Source: Candidatus Tectimicrobiota bacterium (GTDB taxonomy: Bacteria > JACPUC01). From it: DNA of 64,000 nt. The notes beneath the pieces are model-generated. The model saw only the letters and a list, made by a program, of their open reading frames with translations. It was not told the origin of the DNA and made no database searches. Of this stretch, positions 35,878-47,111 are shown piece by piece; position 1 is the first letter of the stretch, and each line of letters begins with the position of its first letter. Made by a program: the position numbers and the translations under genes. The stretch covers positions 62,001-126,000 of the forward strand of contig JACPUC010000009.1 of the NCBI GenBank assembly GCA_016192455.1. Reading direction: 5' to 3'.

Positions 35878-37428
35878 TCAGAGCGGCATGTTGCCGTGCT
35901 TCTTCGGCGGGTTCTGGTCGCGCTTGTTCTGCGTCACCTCCAGCGCCTGAATGAGGCGGTGGCGCGTCTCCTTCGGCTCGATGATCTCGTCGATGTAGCC
36001 GAGCTCGGCGGCCACGAAGGGGTTGGCGAAGGCGGTGCGGAACTCCTCGACCTTGCGGTTCTTGAAGGCCACGCGGTCAGCCGCCTTGGCGAGCTCGCCG
36101 CGGAAGATGATGTCCACCGCCCCGTCCGGCCCCATGACCGCGATCTCGGCCGTGGGGTAGGCGAAGTTCACGTCGCCGCGAATGTGCTTGCTGCTCATCA
36201 CGCAGTAGGCGCCGCCATACGCCTTGCGGGTAATCACCGTGATCTTCGGCACGGTGGCTTCGCAGAAGGCGTAGAGAAGCTTCGCCCCGTGCGTGATGAT
36301 GCCGCCATGCTCCTGCGCCACGCCCGGCAGGAAGCCGGGCACATCCTCGAAGGTGATGAGCGGGATATTGAAACAGTCGCAGAAGCGCACGAAGCGCGCG
36401 CCCTTGATGGAGCAGTTGATGTCGAGACAGCCGGCGAGCGCCGCGGGTTGGTTCGCCACCACCCCAACCGTGCGGCCGTTGAGGCGACCGAACCCCACTA
36501 CGAGGTTTTGGGCGAAGTGCGGGTGCACCTCGAAGAAGAAGTGCTCGTCCAGCACCGTCTCGATGAGACCCTTGATGTCGTACGGCTTGTTCGGGTTCTC
36601 GGGCACCAGCGTCTGCAGCGCCTCGTCAACGCGCTGGGGGTCATCCCGCGTGGCGACGAACGGCGGGTCCTCCATGTTGTTCTGCGGCAGGAAGCTCAGC
36701 AGGGTGCGCATCATCAGGAGGCAATCCTCGTCATCCTCGCAGGCGAAGTGCGCCACGCCGCTCTTCATGTTGTGGGCCATGGCGCCGCCGAGCTCTTCCT
36801 TCGTCACCTCTTCGTGCGTCACGGTGCGAATGACGTCCGGCCCGGTCACGAACATGTTGCTCGTCCCCTTCACCATGAAGGTGAAGTCGGTCAGCGCCGG
36901 CGAGTAGACCGCTCCCCCCGCGCACGGCCCCATGATGGCGCTGAGCTGCGGCACCACCCCCGAGGCCAGGGTGTTCAAGAGGAAGATGTCGGCATAGCCG
37001 CCCAGGCTCACTACGCCTTCCTGGATGCGGGCGCCGCCGGAGTCGTTCAGGCCCACCATTGGACAGCCCATCTTCAGCGCCAGCTTCATCACCTTGCAGA
37101 TTTTCTCCGCATAGGCGCCGCTGAGCGATCCCCCGAACACCGTGAAGTCCTGGGCGAAGACGAAGACCTGGCGGCCGTTCACCTTGCCGTAGCCCGTCAC
37201 CACGCCGTCGCCCGGGATCTTCGTCTTCTCCATGCCGAAGGAGATGCAGCGGTGCGTCACGAACTTGTCCATCTCGACGAAGGTGCCTCGGTCGAGGAAC
37301 TTGTCCAGCCGCTCCCGGGCGGTGAGCTTGCCGGCTTCGTGCTGGCGCAGAATGCGCTCCGCGCCACCCCCGAGCTCCGCTGCCTGCGAAACTTCCCGCA
37401 ACTTCCGCAGTCGTTCTTCAATGGTCAT
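35878..37428 (-). CDS. Acyl-CoA carboxylase carboxyltransferase (propionyl-CoA carboxylase beta / methylmalonyl-CoA decarboxylase alpha type)
   Basis: [44 protein letters not shown]. Confidence 0.93.
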   Translation of the reverse strand: MTIEERLRKLREVSQAAELGGGAERILRQHEAGKLTARERLDKFLDRGTFVEMDKFVTHRCISFGMEKTKIPGDGVVTGYGKVNGRQVFVFAQDFTVFGGSLSGAYAEKICKVMKLALKMGCPMVGLNDSGGARIQEGVVSLGGYADIFLLNTLASGVVPQLSAIMGPCAGGAVYSPALTDFTFMVKGTSNMFVTGPDVIRTVTHEEVTKEELGGAMAHNMKSGVAHFACEDDEDCLLMMRTLLSFLPQNNMEDPPFVATRDDPQRVDEALQTLVPENPNKPYDIKGLIETVLDEHFFFEVHPHFAQNLVVGFGRLNGRTVGVVANQPAALAGCLDINCSIKGARFVRFCDCFNIPLITFEDVPGFLPGVAQEHGGIITHGAKLLYAFCEATVPKITVITRKAYGGAYCVMSSKHIRGDVNFAYPTAEIAVMGPDGAVDIIFRGELAKAADRVAFKNRKVEEFRTAFANPFVAAELGYIDEIIEPKETRHRLIQALEVTQNKRDQNPPKKHGNMPL

Positions 37429-37619
37429 GACCCACCGTTCCCACGCAGCGATCCCAAGCGCGCACCAATCACGCCGGGCGCGAAGGCGAGCGCGAGCTCT
37501 CCCCTGCCCGCCTCGACCGCGCACCGCAGCCGGCAACGTTCCCCGCGGGACGCAACGCCCGAGGACGGCGAGCGCCCGCTGCCCAGGCCGCGCGCCCCTC
37601 CCCGGCGCTGTCGCGGTCT

Positions 37620-38402
37620 CTACTTGCCGGTGAACTTCGGCGTGCGCTTCTCCAGGAAGGCCCGCGTCCCTTCCGTCTTGTCCTCCGAGGCCAAGATGAC
37701 GCCCATCATCGTCGCCTCGTAGCTGATGCCTTCCTGCAGCGGCATGTTCATGCCGCGGTTGATGGCCTCGATGCAGTAGCGCACGGCAAGCGGCCCCCGG
37801 CTGATGATCGTCCGCGCCATCTTTTGGGCGGCCGGCAGCAGCTCCTGCGGCTCGTAGACGTGGTTGATGACCCCCAAGGCCATCCCCTCCTCGGCGCTGA
37901 TCATGTCGCCCACCAGGATGAGCTCCATGGCCCATCCCTTGCCGGCCAGGCGTGGCAAGCGTTGCGTGCCGCCGAATCCCGGCATGAGCCCCAGCTTCAC
38001 CTCCGGTTGGCCCAGTTTCGCGGTCTTCGACGCCAGCCGGATGTGGCAGGCCATGGCCATCTCCATGCCGCCACCCAGGCAGAAGCCGCTGATCGCCGCG
38101 ATCACGGGCTTGCGCATCGACTCCATGTAGTTGAGGACCGATTGCCCGAAAACGATGGCGTCGCGGCCCGAGACGGGGGTCTTCAGGGTCAGCTCGCTGA
38201 TGTCGGCCCCGGAGATGAAGGAGCGGTCGCCCGCGCCGGTGAAGATGACCGCGCCGATGGCGTCGTCCTCGTTCGCGTCGCGGAAGGCGTGGTCGAGCTC
38301 GCGCATCGTGAGGTCATTGAGGGCGTTGAGCACCTTCGGACGATTGACCGTGATAGTGGCGATGCCCTCCTTCTTCTCCAGGATGATGTTCTCATAAGCC
38401 AT
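37620..38402 (-). CDS. Enoyl-CoA hydratase/crotonase
   Basis: [35 protein letters not shown]. Confidence 0.93.
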   Translation of the reverse strand: MAYENIILEKKEGIATITVNRPKVLNALNDLTMRELDHAFRDANEDDAIGAVIFTGAGDRSFISGADISELTLKTPVSGRDAIVFGQSVLNYMESMRKPVIAAISGFCLGGGMEMAMACHIRLASKTAKLGQPEVKLGLMPGFGGTQRLPRLAGKGWAMELILVGDMISAEEGMALGVINHVYEPQELLPAAQKMARTIISRGPLAVRYCIEAINRGMNMPLQEGISYEATMMGVILASEDKTEGTRAFLEKRTPKFTGK

Positions 38403-38760
38403 GAGTTTCTCCTCTTCGTCGCTGACCCTTCCCACGCGAGGCATCCAAGCGCCGCGGCTGCGGTGAATGGTTGTTCCATCTCAGGAGATGACGCATCCTC
38501 GCGGCGCGTGCCGGCTCGCTCCCCGCCCGCGGCCGGGCAGCCTTCCAACGTCGGCGCGTCGCGGGCGTGCCGGCGGACCCACCCCCGGACGGCATGGAGT
38601 TCTACCATATCCAGGCGGCCTGGTCGAGGCACCCCTGCGGCGGCGCGGCTGGAGATTGGTGCGGGTCTCGCCGCGCAGCACCCCTCAGCGGCTCGGCGAG
38701 ATTATAGGACAGACTGTTCCTTTCCCGCCAGGGATCAGCCCCCAGTGGCAGGCTGACGGC

Positions 38761-38788
38761 TTGCTTCGAAGTTTCGGCGGGGTATAAT
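38761..38788 (+). promoter_or_regulatory. Putative sigma70 promoter for the cytochrome c gene
   Basis: TTGCTT-N16-TATAAT. Confidence 0.4.
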
Positions 38789-38866
38789 TGATCCTCTGTC
38801 TCATTCTCATCACGCCTGCTGCGGCGCCGTTTCCCAGGAAAGGAACAGGAAAGGAAGAGGAAGACC

Positions 38867-39292
38867 ATGACGAGCCCAGGCAGACAGGGGAAAAGGCGCC
38901 TACGGCTGCTCCTTGCCCTGCTGCTGGGAAGCTCCGTCGCGGCAGCCTTCCTCCGGATGGCGGCGCCCGGCATGGCGCAGGCGCGGAAGGGCGATCCCGC
39001 CAAGGGAAAGGCGCACTACCAGGCGCTCTGCGCGGCCTGCCACGGAACCACCGGCAGGGGCGATGGCCCGGCGGCGGCGGCTCTCGACCCGAAGCCGCGC
39101 AACCATGCCGACGGCGCGACCATGAACAAGCTGAGCGACGAGCACCTCGTCACGGTCATCAAGAACGGCGGGGCGGCCGTCGGCAAGTCCCCCCTCATGC
39201 CTCCTTGGCGCGACAGCCTGAGTGACACGCAGGTCCGCGATGTCATCGCCTACCTGCGCGCCCTGGCGGTCCCTCATTTCAAGGAAAAGTGA
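38867..39292 (+). CDS. Monoheme cytochrome c
   Basis: Signal/anchor sequence, CAACHG..G.GDG, distal MPPW. Confidence 0.92.
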   Translation: MTSPGRQGKRRLRLLLALLLGSSVAAAFLRMAAPGMAQARKGDPAKGKAHYQALCAACHGTTGRGDGPAAAALDPKPRNHADGATMNKLSDEHLVTVIKNGGAAVGKSPLMPPWRDSLSDTQVRDVIAYLRALAVPHFKEK

Positions 39293-39430
39293 TCGCTCCC
39301 CTCACATCTTCGCTGTACCGGCGGCCTGTCCAGGCGGGCCACCCCGGTCCCAGGCTCGCCGCCCTCCCGCTTCTTCAGGCCAGGGCGCACCTCGTTTGCG
39401 CGAGCTCCGAACACCCCCCGCGGAGTCGCT

Positions 39431-40543
39431 TCAACCTGCCTCCGGCAGGCGGCTCAGAAGCCACTCCTCAAAGGTCGGCTGGCCCGGCTCGAAGCGCATC
39501 TCCATGCGCAGGACCAGGATCGGCGCGCCGGGCGACCGCAGCCCCTCGATCTTCACCGCGTCCTTCTCGGTGGTGAGGAGGAACTCCCCCCGCCGCTGCC
39601 GCAGGTGGCGCGTCAGCAAAGCGAGGTCGGCGGCGCCATAGGCGTGATGGTCGGGGTAGGCCCGCAAGCCGAGACAGCTTCCCGGCAAGCGCGCCAGGCT
39701 GGCGCGGAACCGCGCGGGACGAGCCAGGCCGCAAAAGGCGACGTAGGACGCGCCCGTGAGGTGGGCGAGGGGATGTCGTGCGCCGCTCGCCAGCTCGAGG
39801 AGATCACGCGCCTCGTAGCGCGCCACGAAGAGCGGCAGGTCCGGGCGCTCGGCCCCCAGAAGGCGACGCGCCGCCTCGCTCGATTCATCGGCAAGGGCGG
39901 TGATGAGCACGCCGTCAGCCCGCCGCAGGGCGGCGAGCGGCTCGCGCAGGGGACCGCGCGGCAGCAGGCAGCCGTTGCCGAGGGGGGCGTCGGCGCTGAC
40001 GAGGAGGAGGTTGACGTCCCGATGGAGCTGCTGGTGCTGGTAGCCATCGTCAAGCACCAACACGTCCGGCTGGTAGCGGCGGAGCGCGTACCTGCCGACG
40101 ACCGCGCGCCGCGCCCCAACCAGGACGGGCACGCCGGCGAGCTGCCGCGCCAGCATGAAGGCCTCATCCCCCGCCAGTTCGGGGGTTGAGAGGAGGGCGG
40201 CGCCATTCGACACCTCGTGCACCGCCTGGCGCGCCCGGCCGCGATAACCGCGGCTGATGACGACGACGCGGCGGCCGCGCGCCTGCAGCAGGGCGGCGAT
40301 GGCGCCCGTCATGGGCGTCTTGCCGGTTCCCCCCACGGTGAGGTTGCCGACGCTGACGACCCGGCAGGGAAGCCGCGCCACCGGACGCAGCCCGCTGCGG
40401 AAGCCCGCCTGCCGCAGCCGCCAGCCGAGGCGGTACAGCCCCGCGGCGCAGCGCAGCGCCTTGGCAACCACCCAGCGCCGGCCGCGGAAGGCTCCATCGC
40501 CGGCGCTTGCCCAGTAGTCTTCCAACCAGTTCGATCCTACCAC
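39431..40543 (-). CDS. lpxK: Tetraacyldisaccharide 4'-kinase
   Basis: VGNLTVGGTGKTP, SRGY, LDDGYQH, TTEKDAVK. Confidence 0.95.
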   Translation of the reverse strand: MVGSNWLEDYWASAGDGAFRGRRWVVAKALRCAAGLYRLGWRLRQAGFRSGLRPVARLPCRVVSVGNLTVGGTGKTPMTGAIAALLQARGRRVVVISRGYRGRARQAVHEVSNGAALLSTPELAGDEAFMLARQLAGVPVLVGARRAVVGRYALRRYQPDVLVLDDGYQHQQLHRDVNLLLVSADAPLGNGCLLPRGPLREPLAALRRADGVLITALADESSEAARRLLGAERPDLPLFVARYEARDLLELASGARHPLAHLTGASYVAFCGLARPARFRASLARLPGSCLGLRAYPDHHAYGAADLALLTRHLRQRRGEFLLTTEKDAVKIEGLRSPGAPILVLRMEMRFEPGQPTFEEWLLSRLPEAG

Positions 40544-40601
40544 GGCGTTGCGTCACCCGAGCAGACTGGAACAGCTCCGCCGGCGGGGAGTGGCGGCGGC
40601 G

Positions 40602-41900
40602 TCAGGCGCTGGCCGCGCGCCCTCCCGGCCCCTCGAGGAGGGCGGCGATGATCTCGAGGTGGCGCTCCACCGCGCCCTGATTCTCCGCGATGATCTGCCG
40701 CGCGCGGGAACCCATGGCGCTGCGCCGCGGCGGATCGTCCAGGAGGAGGGTCCAGGCGGCCGCTAGTTCCGCCGCGTCAGCCACGCGCCAAGCGGCCTCG
40801 CCGCGCCGCAAGCGCTCGCAGATGGCGGCGAAGTTGAAGGTGTGCGGCCCGCACAGGATGCCCACCCCGCAGGCCGCCGCCTCGAGGGGGTTCTGCCCGC
40901 CGTGCGGCACGAGGCTGCCGCCGATGTACGCGAGATCGGCCATAGCGTAGAGCTCCTTCAGCTCCCCCATCGTCTCGAGGAGGAGCACCGGCGCCTCGCC
41001 GAGCTCGCCGCGCCGGCGCACGGCGAACCCTCGCGCGCGCGCCAGCTCCGCCACCTCGGCGGCGCGCTCCACATGGCGCGGCGCCAGGAGGAGGCACGCC
41101 GCGGGGTGGGCCCGGCGGACGCGGGCGAAGGCCTCGAGGAGCTGCTCCTCCTCGCCCGGGTGCGTGCTTCCCGCAAGGAGGAGCGGCGTCGCCTCCGCCA
41201 GGCCCCAGGCGGCCCGCAGCGCCTGCCGGCGCGCCGGCGCGGCGTCGGCGGAGGCCTCGAACTTCATGTTCCCCGCCATGCGGCAGCGCTCCGCCGGCGC
41301 GCCCAGGGCGACGATGCGCGCCAGGTCCTCGGGGCTCTGCATGGCGCAGGCGCTGAGGCGCCGCACCATGCGGCGCACGAACCAGCCGCAGCGCCGGTAG
41401 CGTGCGAAGGAGCGGGGCGACAGCCGGCCGTTCGCCAGCATCACCGGAACCCCCTCGGCGCGGCAGACGCGCAGGAAGTTCGGCCACAGCTCGGTTTCGG
41501 TCAGGACCACGAGCTGCGGCCGCAGGGCGGCGAGGTGCCGGCGGATACAGCGCACGAAATCGAAAGGGAAGTAGATGAGCGCATCGAGGTCCGTGGCTTC
41601 CCGCGCCGCCACCTGCTGCCCCGCCTCGGTCACCGTCGAGAGCACGAGGCGCGCCTCGGCGTAGCGCGCCCGCGCGGCGCGCAGCAGCGGCAGCACGGCG
41701 CGCACCTCCCCCACCGACACGGCATGGAACCAGATGCAGCGAGCCCGGCGCCGCGGCGGCGCGCCCGGCAGGCCAAAACCAGGGCGCTGCCGCCAGCCGG
41801 CGCGGTAGCGGCTCGTCGTGGCGCTGCGCACCGCGAAGTAGGGGAGGGCGACCGCCGCGCAGCCCCACAGCACCGCCGAGTAGAGTCGATCCATAGGCAT
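40602..41900 (-). CDS. waaA: Kdo transferase
   Basis: WFHAVSVGE, ETELWP, GSTHPGEE, GGQNPLE. Confidence 0.95.
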   Translation of the reverse strand: MPMDRLYSAVLWGCAAVALPYFAVRSATTSRYRAGWRQRPGFGLPGAPPRRRARCIWFHAVSVGEVRAVLPLLRAARARYAEARLVLSTVTEAGQQVAAREATDLDALIYFPFDFVRCIRRHLAALRPQLVVLTETELWPNFLRVCRAEGVPVMLANGRLSPRSFARYRRCGWFVRRMVRRLSACAMQSPEDLARIVALGAPAERCRMAGNMKFEASADAAPARRQALRAAWGLAEATPLLLAGSTHPGEEEQLLEAFARVRRAHPAACLLLAPRHVERAAEVAELARARGFAVRRRGELGEAPVLLLETMGELKELYAMADLAYIGGSLVPHGGQNPLEAAACGVGILCGPHTFNFAAICERLRRGEAAWRVADAAELAAAWTLLLDDPPRRSAMGSRARQIIAENQGAVERHLEIIAALLEGPGGRAASA

Positions 41901-41904
41901 CCGC

Positions 41905-42585
41905 TCAGCGAGGGAACCAGCTCTCGGCCTGCCGGGTGATGGCATTGAGCGCCTGCTCAACGTCGCGGCATGCCTTTTCGAGGTCCGCGGCGTCGAGGTC
42001 GGGCGGAACGCTGATAGGATCGCCGTACACCACGACGATCCTGCTGAACGGCAGGGGCAAGAGGAAGCGGTCCCAGCTCGGCAGGCGCAGGGCCCGCGAC
42101 GCCGCGTAGGTCATCGGCAGGAGCGGCTTGGCGGCGCGGGCGGCAAGGTAGATGCACCCCGGCTGCACCCGGCAGGCAGGGCCGCGCGGACCGTCCGGCG
42201 ACACCGAGACGGGCCGTCCGCGCGCCAGGATTTCCAGGCTGGCCCGCAGCGCCGAGGCCGCGCCGTGCGACGTCGAGCCCCGCACCGTGACGATGCCCAA
42301 GTGCCGCAAGGTGCGGCTGATCAGTTCGCCGTCGCGGCTGCGGCTGACGATGACCGTCTGGCCCCGCCAGCGATAGAGGTAGGCGAGGTAGAGGATGCGG
42401 CTGTGCCAGAAGATCTGCACCATGCCCCGCTCACGGCGCGGGCGCCGGTCGGCGCGACCGTGGTTCACAAGGGTGAGCCGCAGGGTCTTGCAGAGCAGCC
42501 AGATCGTCAAGGCGCCAAGCCCGGTAAGGAGGCGGGAACTCAGGAGCCGATCCTGGAAGCCGCGCCTCTTGAACCTCGCCCTCAT
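41905..42585 (-). CDS. DUF374 / lysophospholipid acyltransferase-like protein
   Basis: FWHSRI, SRSRDGE, RGST, PDGPRGP, SWDRF. Confidence 0.85.
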   Translation of the reverse strand: MRARFKRRGFQDRLLSSRLLTGLGALTIWLLCKTLRLTLVNHGRADRRPRRERGMVQIFWHSRILYLAYLYRWRGQTVIVSRSRDGELISRTLRHLGIVTVRGSTSHGAASALRASLEILARGRPVSVSPDGPRGPACRVQPGCIYLAARAAKPLLPMTYAASRALRLPSWDRFLLPLPFSRIVVVYGDPISVPPDLDAADLEKACRDVEQALNAITRQAESWFPR

Positions 42586-42606
42586 GGCTCCTCCCCGGCG
42601 ACGCGC

Positions 42607-43827
42607 TCAGCGGGCGGCGGTGGGCCGAGTGGCGGCGCCTTCCAGGAAGGCCAGGAATGCCTGCGCGGCGCGCCCCGCGGCCCCGGGCCCGCCCAGCCTC
42701 GCGGCCATGGCGGCGAGCCGGCGCCGCTGCTCCAGCGCCGCCGGGCTCCCCGGCAGCAAGGCGCCGACGGCTGCGGCGAGTCGCGGCGCCGTGCAGGCGT
42801 GCTGGACCAATTCGGGAACGATCCCTTCCCCCGCAATAAGATTGACGAGGCCGATCCACCTCACCCGCACGAGGCGGCGCGCCAGCCAGTAGGTGCTGGG
42901 ACGCACCCTGTAGGCAATGACCATCGGCGTCCCCAGGATGCCGGCCTCCAGGGTGGCGGTTCCCGACGCCACGAGGAGGACATCGCAGGCGCGGAAGACT
43001 TCCGGCGTGCGGCCAAGCTCGAGCTGCACCGGCAGGCGATGCCGACTGATCAACCTCTGCGCCAGCGGGCGCAGCTCTCCGCCCGCCAGCGGCAGCAGGA
43101 AGCGCAGCTCGGGATGGCGGGCCGCGAGGAGGGCGGCGGCCTCGAGGAAGCGAGGCAGCAGGGTCGTCACCTCCTGGGCTCTGCTGCCGGGGGCCAGCCC
43201 GATTACCGTCGCGGCCGCCGGCACCCCGAGTTGCCGCCGCGCCACTTCGCGGGGCGGGGTGTGGCGCAAGGCATCAAGGGTCGGATGGCCAACGAACGTG
43301 GCGTGCATGCCGGCGGCCTCGAAGGACGGCGGCTCGAAGGGGAGGATGACGAGCACCTCATCCACGCAGCGGGTCATGCGCCGTAGTCGCTGCGGACGCC
43401 AGGCCCAGACCTGCGGCGCGATGTAGTAGACCACCGGCACGCCACAGCCGCGCAAGCGCTCGGCGAGCCGGAGATTGAAGCCGGGGTAGTCGATGAGGAC
43501 GGCCGCCTCGACGGAGCCCCGGCGCGCGGCGCGCAGCACGGCGCGGAACGTGCGCCAGAGGAGCGGCAGCTTGCCAAGCCCCTCGCGCAGGCCGATGACG
43601 GCGAGGGCGGTAGCGTCCCAGCGCGTCTCGACCCCTGCGGCGCGCATGTTGGGACCGCCGACCCCGAAGAACCGCACCTGCGGCGCGCGCGCCAGCACGG
43701 CGCGGACGAAGTCGGCGCCATGCTGATCGCCGGAGCGCTCGCCGGCCACGATGAGAATGCGCGGCGCGACGCGTCCCCCCTCGCGCCGCCTGCCGGTGCG
43801 GTCCGCCGCGGCGCCGCGCGGGGCCAT
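42607..43827 (-). CDS. lpxB: Lipid-A-disaccharide synthase
   Basis: AGERSGD, IDYPGFN, PQVWAWR, VGHP, PGSR, SGTATLE. Confidence 0.95.
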   Translation of the reverse strand: MAPRGAAADRTGRRREGGRVAPRILIVAGERSGDQHGADFVRAVLARAPQVRFFGVGGPNMRAAGVETRWDATALAVIGLREGLGKLPLLWRTFRAVLRAARRGSVEAAVLIDYPGFNLRLAERLRGCGVPVVYYIAPQVWAWRPQRLRRMTRCVDEVLVILPFEPPSFEAAGMHATFVGHPTLDALRHTPPREVARRQLGVPAAATVIGLAPGSRAQEVTTLLPRFLEAAALLAARHPELRFLLPLAGGELRPLAQRLISRHRLPVQLELGRTPEVFRACDVLLVASGTATLEAGILGTPMVIAYRVRPSTYWLARRLVRVRWIGLVNLIAGEGIVPELVQHACTAPRLAAAVGALLPGSPAALEQRRRLAAMAARLGGPGAAGRAAQAFLAFLEGAATRPTAAR

Positions 43828-43828
43828 G

Positions 43829-44686
43829 CTAGGCAACCCCCACGACGCTGATGCCGGCACGATCGGCTGCTCCCAGCATCTCCCGGCGCTGCAGGAGGAG
43901 CGTGCGCTGCGCCTCCACGGCGAGGACGCGGCCGCCCGCCTCCTTGAGGTTCTCGACGGTCTGCAGGCCGACGGCCGGGACATCGAAGCGATAGTCCTGG
44001 GCGCTGCGGCTCACCTTGACGACGACGCCTCCCCGGCGGGCCAGGGCGCAGCCGCGCCGCACCGCCTCGTCGGTGCCCTCCACCGCCTCCAGAGAAAGGA
44101 TCGTGGTATTCTTCACGACGACGGTCTGCCCCACCTCGAGGTCCGCCAGTCGCCGGGCGATGGCGAGGCCGGCTTCGATATCCTGCCACTCGCGCGGCGT
44201 GGGCCGACGCCGGCCGAGGCAGCCGGCCGGCGCCAGATACGGCCCCAGGAAGGGGAGCTGGGAGAGGACCTCGAACCCCTCCTGCTGCAGCTCGTCGATG
44301 ATGAGCCGCAACAGCGCGCCGTCGTCATGCTGCCGGGCTCGCCGCAACAGCCGCAGGGCGCGGCGATCAAAACGGGGATTCTCGAAGAGGAGGCGTTTGC
44401 GCACCTTGCCGGCCAGGACGAGCTGGCGCACCTGGCTGTGCTGGAGGCTGGCGATGATCTTCTGCGCCTGGCCGACGCCGCAGGTAACGAGGCTGTCGCT
44501 GAGGGGGTCGAGGAGGCGCGCGGCGGTTTTCGAGAGGCTCACCGTCACCACGCGGCGGCCCTGCCTCCTGGCCTCGCCGGCGATGAGGCCGGGCGCCTCG
44601 CCGTCGCCGGCGATCAAGCCGAGCGCCTCGGGAGCGGCGGCGGCAGCCGACGGCGTGGCGGTGGAGGAAGGGGCGGATGATGGCAT
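43829..44686 (-). CDS. lpxI: UDP-2,3-diacylglucosamine hydrolase LpxI
   Basis: GLIAGDG, VGQTVVV, EAVEGTD, QDYRFDVPAVG. Confidence 0.92.
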   Translation of the reverse strand: MPSSAPSSTATPSAAAAAPEALGLIAGDGEAPGLIAGEARRQGRRVVTVSLSKTAARLLDPLSDSLVTCGVGQAQKIIASLQHSQVRQLVLAGKVRKRLLFENPRFDRRALRLLRRARQHDDGALLRLIIDELQQEGFEVLSQLPFLGPYLAPAGCLGRRRPTPREWQDIEAGLAIARRLADLEVGQTVVVKNTTILSLEAVEGTDEAVRRGCALARRGGVVVKVSRSAQDYRFDVPAVGLQTVENLKEAGGRVLAVEAQRTLLLQRREMLGAADRAGISVVGVA

Positions 44687-44791
44687 GGCGAGTGTGAGAG
44701 GGGATCGGGCAGCCCAGACGGCGCGGCGCCTCGGGAGCGCACGACGGGGGAAAGACGCCCCCACCACTGAGGCTGGCGTCGTCGCCCTCCC

Positions 44792-45769
44792 TTACCGGGC
44801 GCTGGCTGGAATCCTTTGCTCCTTGCAAATCTCCATGACCTGCAGCGCCACTTCGAGGGAGGCGAGGTCGTCCTCCATCGACACGGCATCCGCGCCGCCG
44901 TTCCGTGCCGCAAGGAGGAGGTACTGAATCTCCAGCTTCAGGGGGTTGTCCTTGTGGACGAAGACACGCTCGATGAGTGATTCCTGCCGGTACGTGAGCT
45001 CCTGCCGCGTCAGGATGTGCTGCGACGTTGCCTGGCGGTGAATGGTGATGTCCTGGTCGGTGTAGTTGAGGAAGACATAGGCGTCGCGCTCGGTGACGGC
45101 GAGGGTGCGGATCTTGTTCTGGGTGGCGCGGCTGGCCGTGACGTTGGCAACGCAGCCGTTGGCGAAGTGAAGCTGGGCGCTGGCGATATCGAGCTGCGAG
45201 GAGAAGACCGAGCTGCCGAAGGCGTTAATGGACAGGAGAGGAGCATCAACGAGCTGCAGGATGATATCGAGGTCATGGATCATGACATCGAGGATGACCC
45301 CATCATCCTGCACGCGGGAGACGAACGGTCCCAGGCGGCGCGACTCGATGAGCAGGGGTTCATGGACGATCTTCTTCAGCTCCTGCACGGCGCCGTTGAA
45401 GCGCTCCACGTGGCCGACGTGCATGACGACGCCGCGCTCCGCGGCGAGCTGGTAGAGCTCGCGCGCCTCCTCGAGCCTGGGGGTGATCGGCTTCTCCACC
45501 AGCACGTGCACCCCATGCTGGAGGAAGGTTCGGGCCACGCTGTAGTGATGCTGGGTGGGAACCGCGACGCTCACCACATCCACCCGGTCGAGGAGGTCGT
45601 GGTAGTCGGCGTACGCCTTCGTCCCATACTTCGCAGCCACCTCGGCGGCCCGCGGCAGATTCGTGTCGGCAATCCCCACCAGGTCGACATCAAGGAGCTG
45701 GCTGTACACGCCGACGTGGTACTCTCCCATGTAGCCCACGCCAACGACTCCCGCGCGCAGTCGATCCAT
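44792..45769 (-). CDS. Gfo/Idh/MocA oxidoreductase (GnnA-like by context)
   Basis: GVGYMG, VEKP, GHVERFN, DVMIHD; sits between lpxA and lpxI. Confidence 0.85.
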   Translation of the reverse strand: MDRLRAGVVGVGYMGEYHVGVYSQLLDVDLVGIADTNLPRAAEVAAKYGTKAYADYHDLLDRVDVVSVAVPTQHHYSVARTFLQHGVHVLVEKPITPRLEEARELYQLAAERGVVMHVGHVERFNGAVQELKKIVHEPLLIESRRLGPFVSRVQDDGVILDVMIHDLDIILQLVDAPLLSINAFGSSVFSSQLDIASAQLHFANGCVANVTASRATQNKIRTLAVTERDAYVFLNYTDQDITIHRQATSQHILTRQELTYRQESLIERVFVHKDNPLKLEIQYLLLAARNGGADAVSMEDDLASLEVALQVMEICKEQRIPASAR

Positions 45770-45864
45770 GCACTCCGTCTCCCCGCACTCCCAGGGGTGG
45801 TTCCGCGCTGCTCTCCCCGCTGCTCGGCAAAGCGCCGCCGCTGCCGAGGGGGGACGAGGCGCGC

Positions 45865-46635
45865 CTAGCGGCAGATGCCTCGCTCTGAAGCTGCGATGAA
45901 GTCAACGAGGTGGCAGACCTCGGCAGTGGGTTCACAGGAGGCCCGCACTGCGGCAAGCGCATCGCGGACGTTCTGCTTGGACCGGAAGAGGAGGCGAAAC
46001 GCTTGCTTCAGCACGCGGCGCCGGTCCTCTCCGAGACCCCGCCGGAGCAGCCCAACCGTGTTCAGCCCCCGCACCACCGCCGGACGCCCCTCGACGATGA
46101 CGAAGGGCGGCACATCCTTGGTCACCCCTGATTGCCCGCTGACGAGCGCCAGGCGGCCGATGCGCACGAACTGGTGCACCCCGACGAAGCCGGAGATGAT
46201 TACTTCGGGCTCCACGACGACATGTCCCGACAGCCCGGCAAAGCTGGTGATCGTCACCTCGTCCCCAAGCTGGCAGTTGTGTCCCACATGACAGCTTGCC
46301 ATGAGGTAGGCGCCGGCGCCGATGCGGGTAGGCTCCGCCGCCGAGGTGGAGCGGTGCACCGTGACGTACTCGCGGATGACGCTTCCGCTGCCGATGACGA
46401 GTTGGGTCGGTTCCCCTTGGTACTTGCGATCCTGAGGCGGCCCCCCCAGCGCCGCGGCAGGACCTATTGTACATCCCGGCTCGATGACTGTCCAGCCGTC
46501 GATGACGCTGTGGGCGAGGATCTGGCAGGCCGCGCCGAGACGCACATGGGGGCCGATGACGGCGTACGGCCCAACTTCGACCGTCGCCTCCAGCTCGGCG
46601 CCGGGCGCCACGATGGCTGTCGGATGAATGCCCAT
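45865..46635 (-). CDS. lpxA: UDP-GlcNAc acyltransferase
   Basis: IHPTAIV, hexapeptide repeats, PQDRKY, HVGHNC, HQFVRIG. Confidence 0.96.
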   Translation of the reverse strand: MGIHPTAIVAPGAELEATVEVGPYAVIGPHVRLGAACQILAHSVIDGWTVIEPGCTIGPAAALGGPPQDRKYQGEPTQLVIGSGSVIREYVTVHRSTSAAEPTRIGAGAYLMASCHVGHNCQLGDEVTITSFAGLSGHVVVEPEVIISGFVGVHQFVRIGRLALVSGQSGVTKDVPPFVIVEGRPAVVRGLNTVGLLRRGLGEDRRRVLKQAFRLLFRSKQNVRDALAAVRASCEPTAEVCHLVDFIAASERGICR

Positions 46636-47111
46636 CAGGAGCGCTCTGCTCTGAAGGAGGGAAGCGTGTCCTTCGTGACCATGGCGCTGAGGCCGGCCTC
46701 GGCGCAGAGCTGGCCGCCCACGCGCGCCTCGCCGTCGAACCACCAGAAATCGCGCCGCTGCTTGCGCATGGTGACGATGAGCTCGAGCCGGTCGCCGGGC
46801 AGCACGGGGGCGCGGAAGCGGGCGTGGTCGATGCCGGTGAAGTAGCAGAGCTTGCCCCGTTTCTCCTCCTCGCCATAGAGAGCCAGGATGCCGCCAGTCT
46901 GCGCCATGGCCTCGACGATGAGCACGCCGGGCATGACGGGATGACCGGGGAAATGCCCCTGGAAGTACGGCTCATTGAGACTGACGTTCTTCACCCCGAC
47001 GATGCGCGAGCCGGGCTCGAGCTCGATGACCTGGTCGACGAACAGAAAGGGGTAGCGGTGTGGCAGGAAGGTGTGGATGGCGCTGGCATCCAGGACCGCG
47101 GCTGGTTTCAC
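46635..47111 (-). CDS. fabZ: 3-hydroxyacyl-ACP dehydratase
   Basis: [26 protein letters not shown]. Confidence 0.97.
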   Translation of the reverse strand: MKPAAVLDASAIHTFLPHRYPFLFVDQVIELEPGSRIVGVKNVSLNEPYFQGHFPGHPVMPGVLIVEAMAQTGGILALYGEEEKRGKLCYFTGIDHARFRAPVLPGDRLELIVTMRKQRRDFWWFDGEARVGGQLCAEAGLSAMVTKDTLPSFRAERS

